Shown here: in pieces, positions 1 to 8,983 of the stretch
How positions within the stretch are numbered: the first letter of the stretch is position 1
Layout: every line of letters begins with the position of its first letter
IMG/VR virus record: IMGVR_UViG_3300021082_000058
Location: 1 to 43,614 of that record
Length of the DNA stretch: 43,614 bases
DNA from: a virus
Lineage: Duplodnaviria > Caudoviricetes
Direction: 5' to 3' (one strand)
Notes under the pieces: generated by a model
What the model saw: only the letters and a program-made list of their open reading frames with translations
Databases searched by the model: none
Told to the model about the DNA's origin: nothing
Translations under genes and position numbers: made by a program

Positions 1-2
1 CG

Positions 3-284
3 ACTGCGGGGGCGACGGCACTAGCACAAGCACTTGATCCACTTCAGAAAGCCATCGACGATCTACGTAGAGCTCAGTACGAAGCACAAGGACAAAAGAC
101 CCAAGTCATCGAGACAAGAGCTGACACGACTGATCAGAGGTCTGGAACCAGCACGACTACTGCTGTTGTAGGTGCTGTCATTGCAGCAATTGTTTTGTTG
201 CTAAGTGCTTATTCAGCATTCAGATCAACTGCAACACCAGATCCTGTGATCGTTCAGGTACCGACGACACAAACTACTCCATAG
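3..284 (+). CDS. partial (5'-truncated) coiled-coil plus C-terminal transmembrane protein, lysis-module associated
   Basis: Manually translated open frame TAGATALAQALDPLQKAIDDLRRAQYEAQ...AVVGAVIAAIVLLLSAYSAF...TTP, stop TAG at 282-284; not in ORF track because the start lies outside the window. Confidence 0.65.
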   Translation, partial: TAGATALAQALDPLQKAIDDLRRAQYEAQGQKTQVIETRADTTDQRSGTSTTTAVVGAVIAAIVLLLSAYSAFRSTATPDPVIVQVPTTQTTP

Positions 285-291
285 GAGAGAT

Positions 292-363
292 ATGCTCTGG
301 ACAATCCTTATCATTGTACTCATCGCTATAGGCGTTGTGTACGTTGTCAATCATCTACGGTAG
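292..363 (+). CDS. 23-aa single-pass membrane peptide
   Basis: GGAGAG RBS, ATG at 292, MLWTILIIVLIAIGVVYVVNHLR*; fills the gap between two genes exactly. Confidence 0.6.
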   Translation: MLWTILIIVLIAIGVVYVVNHLR

Positions 364-376
364 AGAGGAGGTGTAT

Positions 377-730
377 ATGTACCCCAAAGCCATCCTTGCT
401 ATTGTCGTGTCAGCTGCTGGCGCCCTTGCTGTGGCACTCGGTGCCGGTGCAACTGACTTCGGTGATATTGATAACAAGACCTGGTTGATCGCAGCGATTG
501 CTGTACTGGGTTCTGGTGGATTCGTGTGGCTCACTGAAAATGGGCCAGCAGCACCTGCGATCAAAGCAGTTCTTGCTTTCTTGACTGCTGGGATCGGTTC
601 AGCTGTCGTTGCTCTGGACGATGATGTATTCACGCGAGCAGAGCAGTTGACGGCGTTTGTAGCTGCAGTTGCTGCAACTGGATTGGTCTTCCAGTTCTCA
701 GGTCCAAAGGATACACCACCAGCACCATAG
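377..730 (+). CDS. holin-like multi-pass membrane protein
   Basis: GAGGAGG RBS before ATG 377; about 4 hydrophobic segments (two related halves); last gene before convergent terminator. Confidence 0.6.
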   Translation: MYPKAILAIVVSAAGALAVALGAGATDFGDIDNKTWLIAAIAVLGSGGFVWLTENGPAAPAIKAVLAFLTAGIGSAVVALDDDVFTRAEQLTAFVAAVAATGLVFQFSGPKDTPPAP

Positions 731-733
731 AGT

Positions 734-808
734 TCACGCGTCGGCCATACGCGTGACCACGCAGGATCCCGGGTTTCAGCTCTCCTTTACCGGGATCCTG
801 CGTTCTTT
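734..808. terminator. two hairpins between convergent arms, probable bidirectional terminator
   Basis: TCACGCGT/ACGCGTGA (734-756) and 14-bp stem ACGCAGGATCCCGG/CCGGGATCCTGCGT (759-803) followed by TCTTT. Confidence 0.7.
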
Positions 809-846
809 AGTTATATTTGCCTTCACAGACGCGAGCGTCTGACACG

Positions 847-866
847 AAGCACGGTAGGCCCATGCT
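847..866. repeat. 20-bp dispersed repeat, copy 1 (AAGCACGGTAGGCCCATGCT)
   Basis: Identical sequence at 15463-15482; both copies intergenic. Confidence 0.85.
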
Positions 867-931
867 AGTTCCTGGGATCGTACGTCCTTTGACAGACGAT
901 TTGATCTGACCCGCAAGACGTCGATTTCACG

Positions 932-3604
932 TTATTCCGCCCGCACGTCGATCTCGTGCTTGCATTCTCCCCAGGAACGCCCGTACACAACGTCAGCGAC
1001 AAAGGGGATGTTGTAGGTGAGTGGGTCGCCCAGCGAGAAAGGCGCATGATCGAGCGTCGGGAACGGACACCGAGCCCACTCTGGCAGTCGCTGCTCCATT
1101 ATGTTGCGCACGAGGTCACCTGTCTGTTGAATAACGCTGTCCTTGTTCTTACACTCCATTACGATCGAGTCGTGTACCGTGAAGAGGATGCGCTGTTTCT
1201 TCGGATCGAACTCTGCGTCCATGTGGATGAGCGCATTGAGTGTGAGTTGCGCTGCAAATCCCTGGATCGGTGAGTTAACGATCTGACGCTTGATTCCCGC
1301 TGAGTCATGCTTGAACGCGAGAGGCCACCTGCGACGATTGCCGAGAGGTCCTTCGACGTACTTGAGCTTGAAGCAGTACTCTTTGAGGACTTCCATCCAG
1401 GCGAACAGATCGACATAGCCTTCCTGGAACTTAGCGAAGTATGCTGCAATCTCATTCTCGCCCCACGACTTGCCGTACTGTTCAACCAGGTTGTCCATCT
1501 CAGGACCAGTCGCGATTGATTTCCACCCGCGTCCGTAGACGACTCCGAAGTTCATGCATTTGGCGAGGTATCGTTCGTACTTGGTGATATCCTTCTTAGG
1601 TTTTCCGAAGAGAAGTTCTGCCACTTCTTGATGAATGTCTGCTCCATTTCGATAGGCGTCGATGAGAACTTCGTCTTGCGAAAACAGACCAGCCACTCGA
1701 AGCTCCAGTTGAGAATAATCAGCTTCCAGTATGACCCAACCCTTGGTTGGTATGTAGGCTTTCCGAATATCGTATCCAACGTGTGAAACGTCCGGGATGT
1801 TTTGGAGATTCGGATTGGAAGAAGACAGACGGCCTGTCGCAGTACCGTGGAGATTGAAGTCACTTCGCACTCTCCCGTCTGAGTCAACTCGGTCGAGGAT
1901 CCCCTGAATGTACGTGCCGATGATCTTAGATTTAACACGGTAGGAGAGGATAAGGTTGATCAATTTCGCTGCTGATGGCATATCCTTACTGCACTGTCTG
2001 GCAAGCACCTTGAGCGTATCCGCGTTCGTCGTGACTTCTCCCTCTTCCCTCTTGTACGCATAGCGACCTACATCCTTCGGCATTGCGAGACCTAGGCCAC
2101 CCTCGTCAGTAGCGTTGTAGAGAAGCACCTCGACCTGTGCTGGTGAACCTGGATTGAATCCTTCTTCAGCCTTGTTAGGATTCATCTCAACCCAGTTGGT
2201 GTACTGCTTGACGAGTTTCCGGATCTGCTTCATCTCTGCATCCACTGTCTTTTCGAGCGTTACTTTCATCTCGTTCAGGTACTTCAAGTCGACAGGTGCA
2301 CCAGTCATCTCCATGTTAGCGAGAGCGAGAGATGCAGGTACAAGATATTTCTCATGGTGCGTGAGCAAGCGGAATGATTCGTCGTCTGCCTCTTTCTGCA
2401 GGATTGGATACAGACGCGCTGTCGAGTGGCAATCCTCACCCATGTAGCGCATCATTGCTTCCCACATGACCTCTTTTCTATCCGGGTCAGGAGCAGGTTG
2501 CATGTCCGCAGGTAGAGGTATGTAAGGCGCAACCACTGATACGTCAATGTCCCTTCCGACTTTCCTCCCACGCCAAAGTTCATCTGGTGGATTGACAGCC
2601 TGCCTCCAACAACTTCTTGCCTTCTCTGGATGTGCTTCGCAAAACTCTGCAATGTACGCTGTGCGTGCTGCATCGCCAACATCCTTCCGATAGTACTCCT
2701 CAAGCCAATCTTTCATCTTGACTGACTTCTGAGGCGCGTCAAAGTAGAGACGCTGCATGAGGTCAAGGCTTAGGTGTCGATAGCGATTGAACGGACGCTC
2801 ATCGAGTGCCCAGCCAATGAGCATGGTATCTGCCAGGGTCGTGAAGTTAAATCGTCCGAACTTTTTCCAGAGGTGCTGAACGTCGAATTTTAGATTATGG
2901 AAGACGAACGTGCCCTTGTACTTCTGGAGAAATGTATGTACTTCATGCCGGATAAGTTCTTGAGGTACGACGACTGCGTATCCTTGATCACCATCTGTGA
3001 GTGCACAGAATCCTATACCGAGGATGTCGGGCTCAACACCTGGCAGCCATGCCTTGTATGGAGACAAGCCTGTTGTCTCAATATCAGTGCCAAGGAAAGA
3101 CGCACCATGCAGGTCGCGCAAGAGGGAGAGATCTTTGACACGTTCTACCAGATGAATCTCGCAAGCAGGTTGTACCAGAGGTTTCTTATTCTCGATGAGT
3201 TTGCAGATGTCGAAGCAGATGTCTCTATAGAACTCAGGATCTTTGACCATTGTGGTGGTTGGGAACGTGACAATAGAGAAAATGCTTTTTCTACTTCCTT
3301 GAAGTTTATGGAGGTAGCCTCTACCACGGACCTTGCTGACAGTGATGCCTTTTTCCAATCCGAAGAAACATGCTGCAGCGACTGAACCAGAGCAGAGTAC
3401 TTTGTCGAAGGATCTTGCTGCATGATGCACCTTCTCTGTTTGTGCAAGCCACTGCTCAGGCTTGATCTTCTTCACATCTGCTTCTGACATGGTAGGAAAG
3501 ATAGAGACACTCGTCCACTCAACTCCGTACGCCTGGAAGATAGCGTCGAGTGTGTAACCTGCTACTGGGGTAAGAGGTCTATCTGTCAGGACAAGGATCT
3601 TCAT
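932..3604 (-). CDS. polA: family A DNA polymerase with 3'-5' exonuclease and N-terminal UDG-like domain
   Basis: ExoI DIETTG, ExoII HNLKFD, ExoIII YMGED; TATGRLSSSNPNLQNIP; motif A ADYSQLELR, motif B RYLAKCMNFGVVYG, motif C TVHDSI. Confidence 0.97.
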   Translation of the reverse strand: MKILVLTDRPLTPVAGYTLDAIFQAYGVEWTSVSIFPTMSEADVKKIKPEQWLAQTEKVHHAARSFDKVLCSGSVAAACFFGLEKGITVSKVRGRGYLHKLQGSRKSIFSIVTFPTTTMVKDPEFYRDICFDICKLIENKKPLVQPACEIHLVERVKDLSLLRDLHGASFLGTDIETTGLSPYKAWLPGVEPDILGIGFCALTDGDQGYAVVVPQELIRHEVHTFLQKYKGTFVFHNLKFDVQHLWKKFGRFNFTTLADTMLIGWALDERPFNRYRHLSLDLMQRLYFDAPQKSVKMKDWLEEYYRKDVGDAARTAYIAEFCEAHPEKARSCWRQAVNPPDELWRGRKVGRDIDVSVVAPYIPLPADMQPAPDPDRKEVMWEAMMRYMGEDCHSTARLYPILQKEADDESFRLLTHHEKYLVPASLALANMEMTGAPVDLKYLNEMKVTLEKTVDAEMKQIRKLVKQYTNWVEMNPNKAEEGFNPGSPAQVEVLLYNATDEGGLGLAMPKDVGRYAYKREEGEVTTNADTLKVLARQCSKDMPSAAKLINLILSYRVKSKIIGTYIQGILDRVDSDGRVRSDFNLHGTATGRLSSSNPNLQNIPDVSHVGYDIRKAYIPTKGWVILEADYSQLELRVAGLFSQDEVLIDAYRNGADIHQEVAELLFGKPKKDITKYERYLAKCMNFGVVYGRGWKSIATGPEMDNLVEQYGKSWGENEIAAYFAKFQEGYVDLFAWMEVLKEYCFKLKYVEGPLGNRRRWPLAFKHDSAGIKRQIVNSPIQGFAAQLTLNALIHMDAEFDPKKQRILFTVHDSIVMECKNKDSVIQQTGDLVRNIMEQRLPEWARCPFPTLDHAPFSLGDPLTYNIPFVADVVYGRSWGECKHEIDVRAE

Positions 3605-3831
3605 AGCGCCTCATCGAGAGTAGCGAGAGCGGTGAAGCCATTGAAGCCGGGATCATCTCCTGCGTGAGACTCAGGCATCGAGCATCCACAGTAGTGGTCG
3701 TGAAGTTCGGCCAGTCCGTCCACCACAGCCACGATCTGCGGCCAGCGTGGATCGTCAGCCAGATGTCCAACTGGACCATCTTCTACCCAAACCTTCGCTG
3801 GGTTCGCTTTCAATTTTTCTGATGCGCTCAT
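3601..3831 (-). CDS. hypothetical protein with HDHYCGC..H possible metal-binding motif
   Basis: ATGA overlaps at both ends (coupled to DpdA-like gene and polA). Confidence 0.7.
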   Translation of the reverse strand: MSASEKLKANPAKVWVEDGPVGHLADDPRWPQIVAVVDGLAELHDHYCGCSMPESHAGDDPGFNGFTALATLDEAL

Positions 3832-4670
3832 CTTGCCAGTGTCCTCATGTCAGTACCCTCTGCTGCTTCTTGAAAGAGCCAAGAATTGTTACGAGCGTAT
3901 TTCTTTTGGCGTGGTGTGAACGTCGAAGAGAAGTAGTAATGAGGCCTAGTGGGGTACTCGGTGTCTAGTGACTCGAGAAGATCCACACCTGCGAGTGCAT
4001 ATACGAATGGCTTTGCTGAATCAGTTGAACGTATCCACTTGTGCTTTGCAGCGATGACTTGCAAGTTGCGTAGGTTACGCATCCATCCGAGCATGTGCAC
4101 TGACATCTTAATTCCACTCTGTGCCAATGTCTCACGGATAGGAACAACATGTTCTTCTAGCAGTTTCAAGACACCTCCGTCCCATGCATCGTAGTCCTTC
4201 GACACGCCAATGACGAAGTCACGACGAAGAGAATATTTGCGAGCGCAGTATTGGTGTATCTGCACAAGGCAGTTAAGGCAGATCAACCAGTCAGATTCAT
4301 CTTTACCTTGAGGCACGTACATGAACGCAGGAGAGTAGGCATCCAAGATTTCGCGTGACCCTCCTTCGAACCACTCCTCGTGCGCAGCGAGACACGCTTC
4401 GATTGTTTTCTCTGCGTTGTCGAGTACATCTGGCACAACGATCTCTTGAGCGTCGAGTTCGAACCCAGCCTTGAGCAGTGATACTGGATCTTGCCCTGCA
4501 CCATGCTCATGTGCTGAATTGTCGAGGACGAGATACGCGCCTGACTTTCTCTGTGCTTTGTAGTGCCTCTTGTATGTTGGCTTGTCGAGGAGATGAGTCA
4601 ACAACAGATGGAATGGACCTGACCCGAATTCGTCAAGATGCTTGATCGGAGGAATAAGCGCTGCCTTCAC
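3828..4670 (-). CDS. dpdA: DpdA-like 7-deazaguanine DNA transglycosylase (TGT-like TIM barrel)
   Basis: TGT-like motifs LDNSAHE, PDVL, VPQG, IG, HMLG, RSTDSA; lies in que cluster; GTG 4670 overlaps upstream TGA (GTGA). Confidence 0.8.
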   Translation of the reverse strand: MKAALIPPIKHLDEFGSGPFHLLLTHLLDKPTYKRHYKAQRKSGAYLVLDNSAHEHGAGQDPVSLLKAGFELDAQEIVVPDVLDNAEKTIEACLAAHEEWFEGGSREILDAYSPAFMYVPQGKDESDWLICLNCLVQIHQYCARKYSLRRDFVIGVSKDYDAWDGGVLKLLEEHVVPIRETLAQSGIKMSVHMLGWMRNLRNLQVIAAKHKWIRSTDSAKPFVYALAGVDLLESLDTEYPTRPHYYFSSTFTPRQKKYARNNSWLFQEAAEGTDMRTLAR

Positions 4671-5440
4671 GACTCGCTCCATACTGAGTACGCAGTTGTT
4701 GGCATGAGGCCATCGTTGTAGAGATGCTTGATCTCCCTCTTCACGCTGGCGATGCATGTCTTGATTCCGAAGTAGCGTGCCCACTCAGCAAACCTGTCGA
4801 GGATCGAGATCATCATCCGTACTTCAGGTCCCAACTTGGACATGTCTGTCTCTACGAACTGACACTGTGGTGTCGGTGTCATTGCCCATGCGCGTCCGAA
4901 GGGCTTCTTGAGAACGTATGTCCGTTCAGGTCGCATCTGTATGAACTGTAGTTGGGGTGCTGAGATGCAAGATAGAGGAGCATTTCGATAGTTTGCGCAA
5001 CCGAGGCCCTCGACACCGACTCCGCGTCTAAAGGAAGTGAGAAAGTCACAGATAGGGTTAGCGTTTTGGTCGTTGGTATAGATGAGCTTTCTCTTTCCAT
5101 TAACGATCACAGTCCTCTCTTCGAACCCCTTTTGGTGCTCGACGTTGAGGAACTCTGATGGTGTGTAGTCGAGTGTGAACTTCTGGCAACATGCTGTGCA
5201 TCCAACAGTGCAGATAAACGTGCGGAAGAGAGATGGCGTTATAAGAACTTCACGTACGGGGGTGTCGTATGTGCGAACCCCCAGGAGACGCCCCGAGGTC
5301 AATCCCCGGGCCTGATAGGTGACCGTATGCGGGCTTAACAGCGCTATCTGTCCCAGAATCTTCTCCACTGAGTCTGCGTGCCCCACTGAGTTCTTCCTTG
5401 ATACCTCCAGGCGCCGTAGATCCTGGACCTTCTTGCTCAT
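4667..5440 (-). CDS. CxxxCxxCC cysteine-cluster metalloprotein (YkgJ/DUF3109-like); candidate preQ1-modifying enzyme
   Basis: CTVGCTACC, then CDFL, CANYRNAPLSC and CQF; coupled to DpdA-like gene; start 5440 has GAGG RBS but is uncertain. Confidence 0.7.
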   Translation of the reverse strand: MSKKVQDLRRLEVSRKNSVGHADSVEKILGQIALLSPHTVTYQARGLTSGRLLGVRTYDTPVREVLITPSLFRTFICTVGCTACCQKFTLDYTPSEFLNVEHQKGFEERTVIVNGKRKLIYTNDQNANPICDFLTSFRRGVGVEGLGCANYRNAPLSCISAPQLQFIQMRPERTYVLKKPFGRAWAMTPTPQCQFVETDMSKLGPEVRMMISILDRFAEWARYFGIKTCIASVKREIKHLYNDGLMPTTAYSVWSES

Positions 5441-5873
5441 GTGCGATGATCCTCTTAATGTACCAGATTGCTTTTTCAAGACTCTCCGTCCCTCCTTTGT
5501 GTCGCCAACGTAGAAGGTATTTCAGTGCGTTGCCTTCTCTGTAATCCAGATTGAACATCTCGATAAGGTCGATGACCTCGATAGGTCCATGAGTGTAGTG
5601 AGGTGGCGAATTAACGAGATCTATTGCCTCTTTGAAAGAGGAAGTGTCACCAGCAATCTCTGCTGTTGCAGTACCAGACACTACAGCTACTGGATGTGTT
5701 TTTGCTACAGTCGTTCCCACAACTCTGTAACCACGACGTTCGAGTTCTCTCTTTGCTTTGGTGTAGAGTTGTGTACGTTGTGGATTATCAGCAAGTTTGA
5801 GAAGAACTTTAATCTGTGTGTCATTCCACTTCTCCAGCATCTCTTGACTCGTTGCTATTTTTCCCATCACCAT
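5250..5873 (-). CDS. DUF3310 (SaV-like / T7 gp1.7-like nucleotide kinase) domain protein
   Basis: DLVNSPPHYT..IEVID..GNALKYLLR..KGG.ESLEKAIWY signature. Confidence 0.85.
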   Translation of the reverse strand: MVMGKIATSQEMLEKWNDTQIKVLLKLADNPQRTQLYTKAKRELERRGYRVVGTTVAKTHPVAVVSGTATAEIAGDTSSFKEAIDLVNSPPHYTHGPIEVIDLIEMFNLDYREGNALKYLLRWRHKGGTESLEKAIWYIKRIIAHEQEGPGSTAPGGIKEELSGARRLSGEDSGTDSAVKPAYGHLSGPGIDLGASPGGSHIRHPRT

Positions 5874-6159
5874 CCTGTATCACCTCCTCCATCACTGGTG
5901 GCACTGTTCCTACGTCTGGAAACTGACCAAGATCTTTGTGGAACGTGTCTCTCAATTCTTGATCGAAGCCCAACTCATACGTATGAGCCTCACGAGGGTC
6001 GATGATGACTAGCTTGTACTCAATGCAGACGTTCTCTTCATTGAGAACAGCGTAGAAGCCTACCTCACATCCATGGAACGTCGTCTTGTGAATTGTCGGA
6101 GGAACAGGACGAGGTTGTCCGAGAAGAGGAACTTCCATGTGACTTGGAGGAACACTCAT
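5821..6159 (-). CDS. hypothetical protein
   Basis: ATGA overlap with queC stop; 112 aa. Confidence 0.65.
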   Translation of the reverse strand: MSVPPSHMEVPLLGQPRPVPPTIHKTTFHGCEVGFYAVLNEENVCIEYKLVIIDPREAHTYELGFDQELRDTFHKDLGQFPDVGTVPPVMEEVIQDGDGKNSNESRDAGEVE

Positions 6160-6911
6160 GTTCTTTCCGATCTAGAGATGTTATGAACAACCACATTTCT
6201 CTCTGCTGTGTTTCCCTGACCAACATCTCTGTACTTATCGAACTCGTATTCAATTGGATCTTTGAGCCCGTTCTCTTTGAATGCCTCGAGGCGAGCAATA
6301 CACGTAGGACACTGTCCACATGCAGGGTCGCGGCCTTCATAGCACGACCTCGTAAGGTAGAGAGGAGCACCAAGTGTTGTACCAAGGTGAATGATCTCTG
6401 CTTTTGTCTTGTACGTGAACGGACACACTAGACGTACCTTGTGGTAGGTGCCAATGTAGATAGCGTTCTGCATCGCACCAATGAACTCTGGAGTGCAATC
6501 AGGGTACGCCCAGTTATGAGCATCTTCTCCATGCATACCTGCATAGATAAGATCTGCGTTCATGTCAAGTGCACCTGATGCTGCAATCGAGAGGAATGTG
6601 CCATTACGGTAAGGCACATAGGTAGGAGAAGGTCCTTCTGATGCTTGCAGTTCTTCATATGTGAGGTGTGGCATCTCAGCGTTTGGATTCATCAACACAG
6701 ATGAGCCTGCACCAAGAGAAATTGGTACCACATGGTGATCCAACCCATACTGAGATGAAATCAAACCTGCAGCATCCAACTCCATCTTTGAATGTCTTTG
6801 TCCGTAGTTAAAAGAGATTGCAGCAACAACCTCATCACACTGTGTCTTAGCGAGTGCGAGTGCAACACATGAATCAAGTCCCCCAGAGAGGACAACAACA
6901 GCCTTACTCAT
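6156..6911 (-). CDS. queC: 7-cyano-7-deazaguanine synthase
   Basis: VVLSGGLDS, FNYGQRH, TYVPYRN, YPDC, SCY..CGQCPTC; GGGGAG RBS before ATG 6911. Confidence 0.97.
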   Translation of the reverse strand: MSKAVVVLSGGLDSCVALALAKTQCDEVVAAISFNYGQRHSKMELDAAGLISSQYGLDHHVVPISLGAGSSVLMNPNAEMPHLTYEELQASEGPSPTYVPYRNGTFLSIAASGALDMNADLIYAGMHGEDAHNWAYPDCTPEFIGAMQNAIYIGTYHKVRLVCPFTYKTKAEIIHLGTTLGAPLYLTRSCYEGRDPACGQCPTCIARLEAFKENGLKDPIEYEFDKYRDVGQGNTAERNVVVHNISRSERT

Positions 6912-6997
6912 TTGCTCCCCTTCCATACTGCAACTGCATAGTAAGCTAGCGTCCACGCTTCAGTGCCGAGAACGAGTGCTACCCACTGCCAAGTCAT
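6908..6997 (-). CDS. 29-aa hydrophobic peptide
   Basis: MTWQWVALVLGTEAWTLAYYAVAVWKGSK*; ATGA overlaps at both ends. Confidence 0.6.
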   Translation of the reverse strand: MTWQWVALVLGTEAWTLAYYAVAVWKGSK

Positions 6998-7209
6998 TCA
7001 ACGGCCTTTGAATGATCCTTGGGACCACCTGAATACTGATCGAGCGCCTCTCCAAAGATCTCAGCAAGATCCTTGAGCCTTACAACTGCCTGACTACCTT
7101 CGATCTCTTCACTGGCCTTTTCCTGCACGCGGTTGAGAACCAAACCACAGAACGATGCAACTGCCTCTGATCCCTTGGGCAACTTGTTCACTTTCTTTTC
7201 CTTGGCCAT
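6994..7209 (-). CDS. hypothetical protein
   Basis: GAGAGGA RBS, TAATG overlap with folE. Confidence 0.7.
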   Translation of the reverse strand: MAKEKKVNKLPKGSEAVASFCGLVLNRVQEKASEEIEGSQAVVRLKDLAEIFGEALDQYSGGPKDHSKAVE

Positions 7210-7793
7210 TATCTTCCTCTCCTTGTGTGGCCGAGCAGGGTCAAGAATTCTTCGCGTGACCCTTCGGCAGGATCTTGAAAGTCACCTGTTACAGCAGACG
7301 TCGTCGTCAGCGTCCCAGGTGCTTGAACGCCGCGCATGGTCATGCAGAAATGCTCTGCTTCTACGACAACTATAACTCCTCTCGGCTCTAGTCCTTCAGT
7401 TAATGCATCACAGATCTGTCTTGTGAGACGCTCTTGAATCTGCAATCTGCGTGCAAAGACATCTACTACTCTCTTCAACTTGGACAACCCAACGACACTG
7501 TCTCTTGGAATGTATCCGATGTGTGCGTATCCTGCAAACGGCAGAAGATGATGTTCGCAAAGAGAGTAGAGAGGTATGTTCCACTGGCAGACCATTTGAT
7601 CAGCACCCTCTGCTGGGAATATTGTCCAAGGTAGTGGTTCACGATATCCACGTGTTAGTTCTTCGTACGCGCGTGCGACACGTGCGGGCGTCTCACGCAG
7701 TCCTTCGCGGGATGCATCCTCGCCTATAGCATCGAGGATCGTTGTCACAGCATCGCGCACAATGCGTTCTTTATAACTGGGATTAACGGCCAC
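7209..7793 (-). CDS. folE: GTP cyclohydrolase I
   Basis: [41 protein letters not shown]. Confidence 0.97.
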   Translation of the reverse strand: MAVNPSYKERIVRDAVTTILDAIGEDASREGLRETPARVARAYEELTRGYREPLPWTIFPAEGADQMVCQWNIPLYSLCEHHLLPFAGYAHIGYIPRDSVVGLSKLKRVVDVFARRLQIQERLTRQICDALTEGLEPRGVIVVVEAEHFCMTMRGVQAPGTLTTTSAVTGDFQDPAEGSREEFLTLLGHTRRGR

Positions 7794-8232
7794 GTTTATT
7801 CAACTCTCTGAGACGTGTCACAATCTCAGCTCTCCTTTGGTTAACTTCATCAGGTAGTCCTTTGTGCCCTGTTGCTTGTGTCATTGGATTGATCTTTGAT
7901 TCTTGCATTTCGATAAGAAGTTCAGCTTGTTTTCTTTTGCAGATAAGATGTGGTAGAACTTGCTTAAGAACAACAAGAGAACTTCTGTCAGATATAATCC
8001 ACCTAAACTGCTCTTTCCACTTGGGATGGTCTTTATACTGCCCGCCACTTGCACCTGGGTGAAATCTATGAAGTGCTTGAATAGTCTCTAGACAAGTCAT
8101 CGTGACAAAAACAGATACTTGGTAAGAAGGACTCTTCCAGGAACGAGCTTTATTCATTCCGATTGTCAAAGAACCCTCACCATCAATGATTCCAGCGACA
8201 TACGCAACATGGGGTTTATCTTCCTCTCGCAT
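7783..8232 (-). mobile_element. free-standing single-motif LAGLIDADG homing endonuclease gene
   Basis: YVAGIIDGEGS motif, W/K..KQA tail typical of the family; overlaps queE end and folE start; flanked by ATAAAC direct repeat. Confidence 0.88.
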
Positions 8233-8983
8233 TGCCCCATGATAACACATGCATCTGTGGAAGGACACGAACACGTCTCATGCTCTGATCGTTGGCGAGT
8301 TTCTCCATGAGCCATACCATCTTGTCGAGAACCTCACTCCGAGTTTTTGAGAGAGGAAATGGATTGATTCTGTTTTCAACTTTTCCTTCTGGATTGCTAA
8401 CTGTGGGAAGGAAAGGATCTTCATTTCCAACTGACAAGAACAACTCGAACTGAGGGAACGTCTTGTGTACCCATTGCGCGTAGTAGTAATCTTCGTCGTC
8501 AAAGACAACCACCTTCAGGTACACAGCGTTGTCATGTCGACTGGAGAAGTGAGCGAGAAAGTCTTTCAGCACATCATGCCTTGTTGGATTTTGTGACGAT
8601 GGGGGTTTCGGTGATACACAAACCTCATCGACATACCCAAGCCAATCTCTCCACACTGTACCTTGTGTCTCAACCATCACTGAGTATCCGTCACCGATGA
8701 GGTACGCGGTCAAGAGGGAGAGATCAAGGAGTGCAGGATTGCCACCTGAATAGACAACCCATAACGCCTTGGAAGACAGTTGACGTACTTCCCTCCAAAT
8801 GTCTTTCTCTGTCTTCTGTGGCAACTGTGCAACGAGCTCAGGAAGAACTGCGTGAGGCGAGTCACACCAAACGCATCTGTAGTCACATCCACCAAAGCGG
8901 ATGAAGTGGCAGGGAGTGCCAATGCGGCGACCTTCCCCTTGAATTGTAGGTCCGAAGATCTCTGCAACACGAAAGCTCTTCAC
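8216..8983 (-). CDS. queE: 7-carboxy-7-deazaguanine synthase (radical SAM)
   Basis: EIFGPTIQGEG, CDYRCVWCD, SGGNP, VETQG, VSPKP, LPQMH; GTGA overlap with queD. Confidence 0.96.
   Translation of the reverse strand: MKSFRVAEIFGPTIQGEGRRIGTPCHFIRFGGCDYRCVWCDSPHAVLPELVAQLPQKTEKDIWREVRQLSSKALWVVYSGGNPALLDLSLLTAYLIGDGYSVMVETQGTVWRDWLGYVDEVCVSPKPPSSQNPTRHDVLKDFLAHFSSRHDNAVYLKVVVFDDEDYYYAQWVHKTFPQFELFLSVGNEDPFLPTVSNPEGKVENRINPFPLSKTRSEVLDKMVWLMEKLANDQSMRRVRVLPQMHVLSWGNARGR

Noticed and set aside
2475-2700. Intein in PolA
   Set aside because: Too short, and lacks C/S start and HN-C/S/T end
4671-4784. N-terminal extension of DpdA-like ORF
   Set aside because: Overlaps the upstream gene; GTGA coupling at 4670 is the better start
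7783-8274. Group I intron or intein hosting the LAGLIDADG ORF
   Set aside because: queE and folE are both intact and the insert is entirely ORF, leaving no room for a ribozyme core; no intein termini
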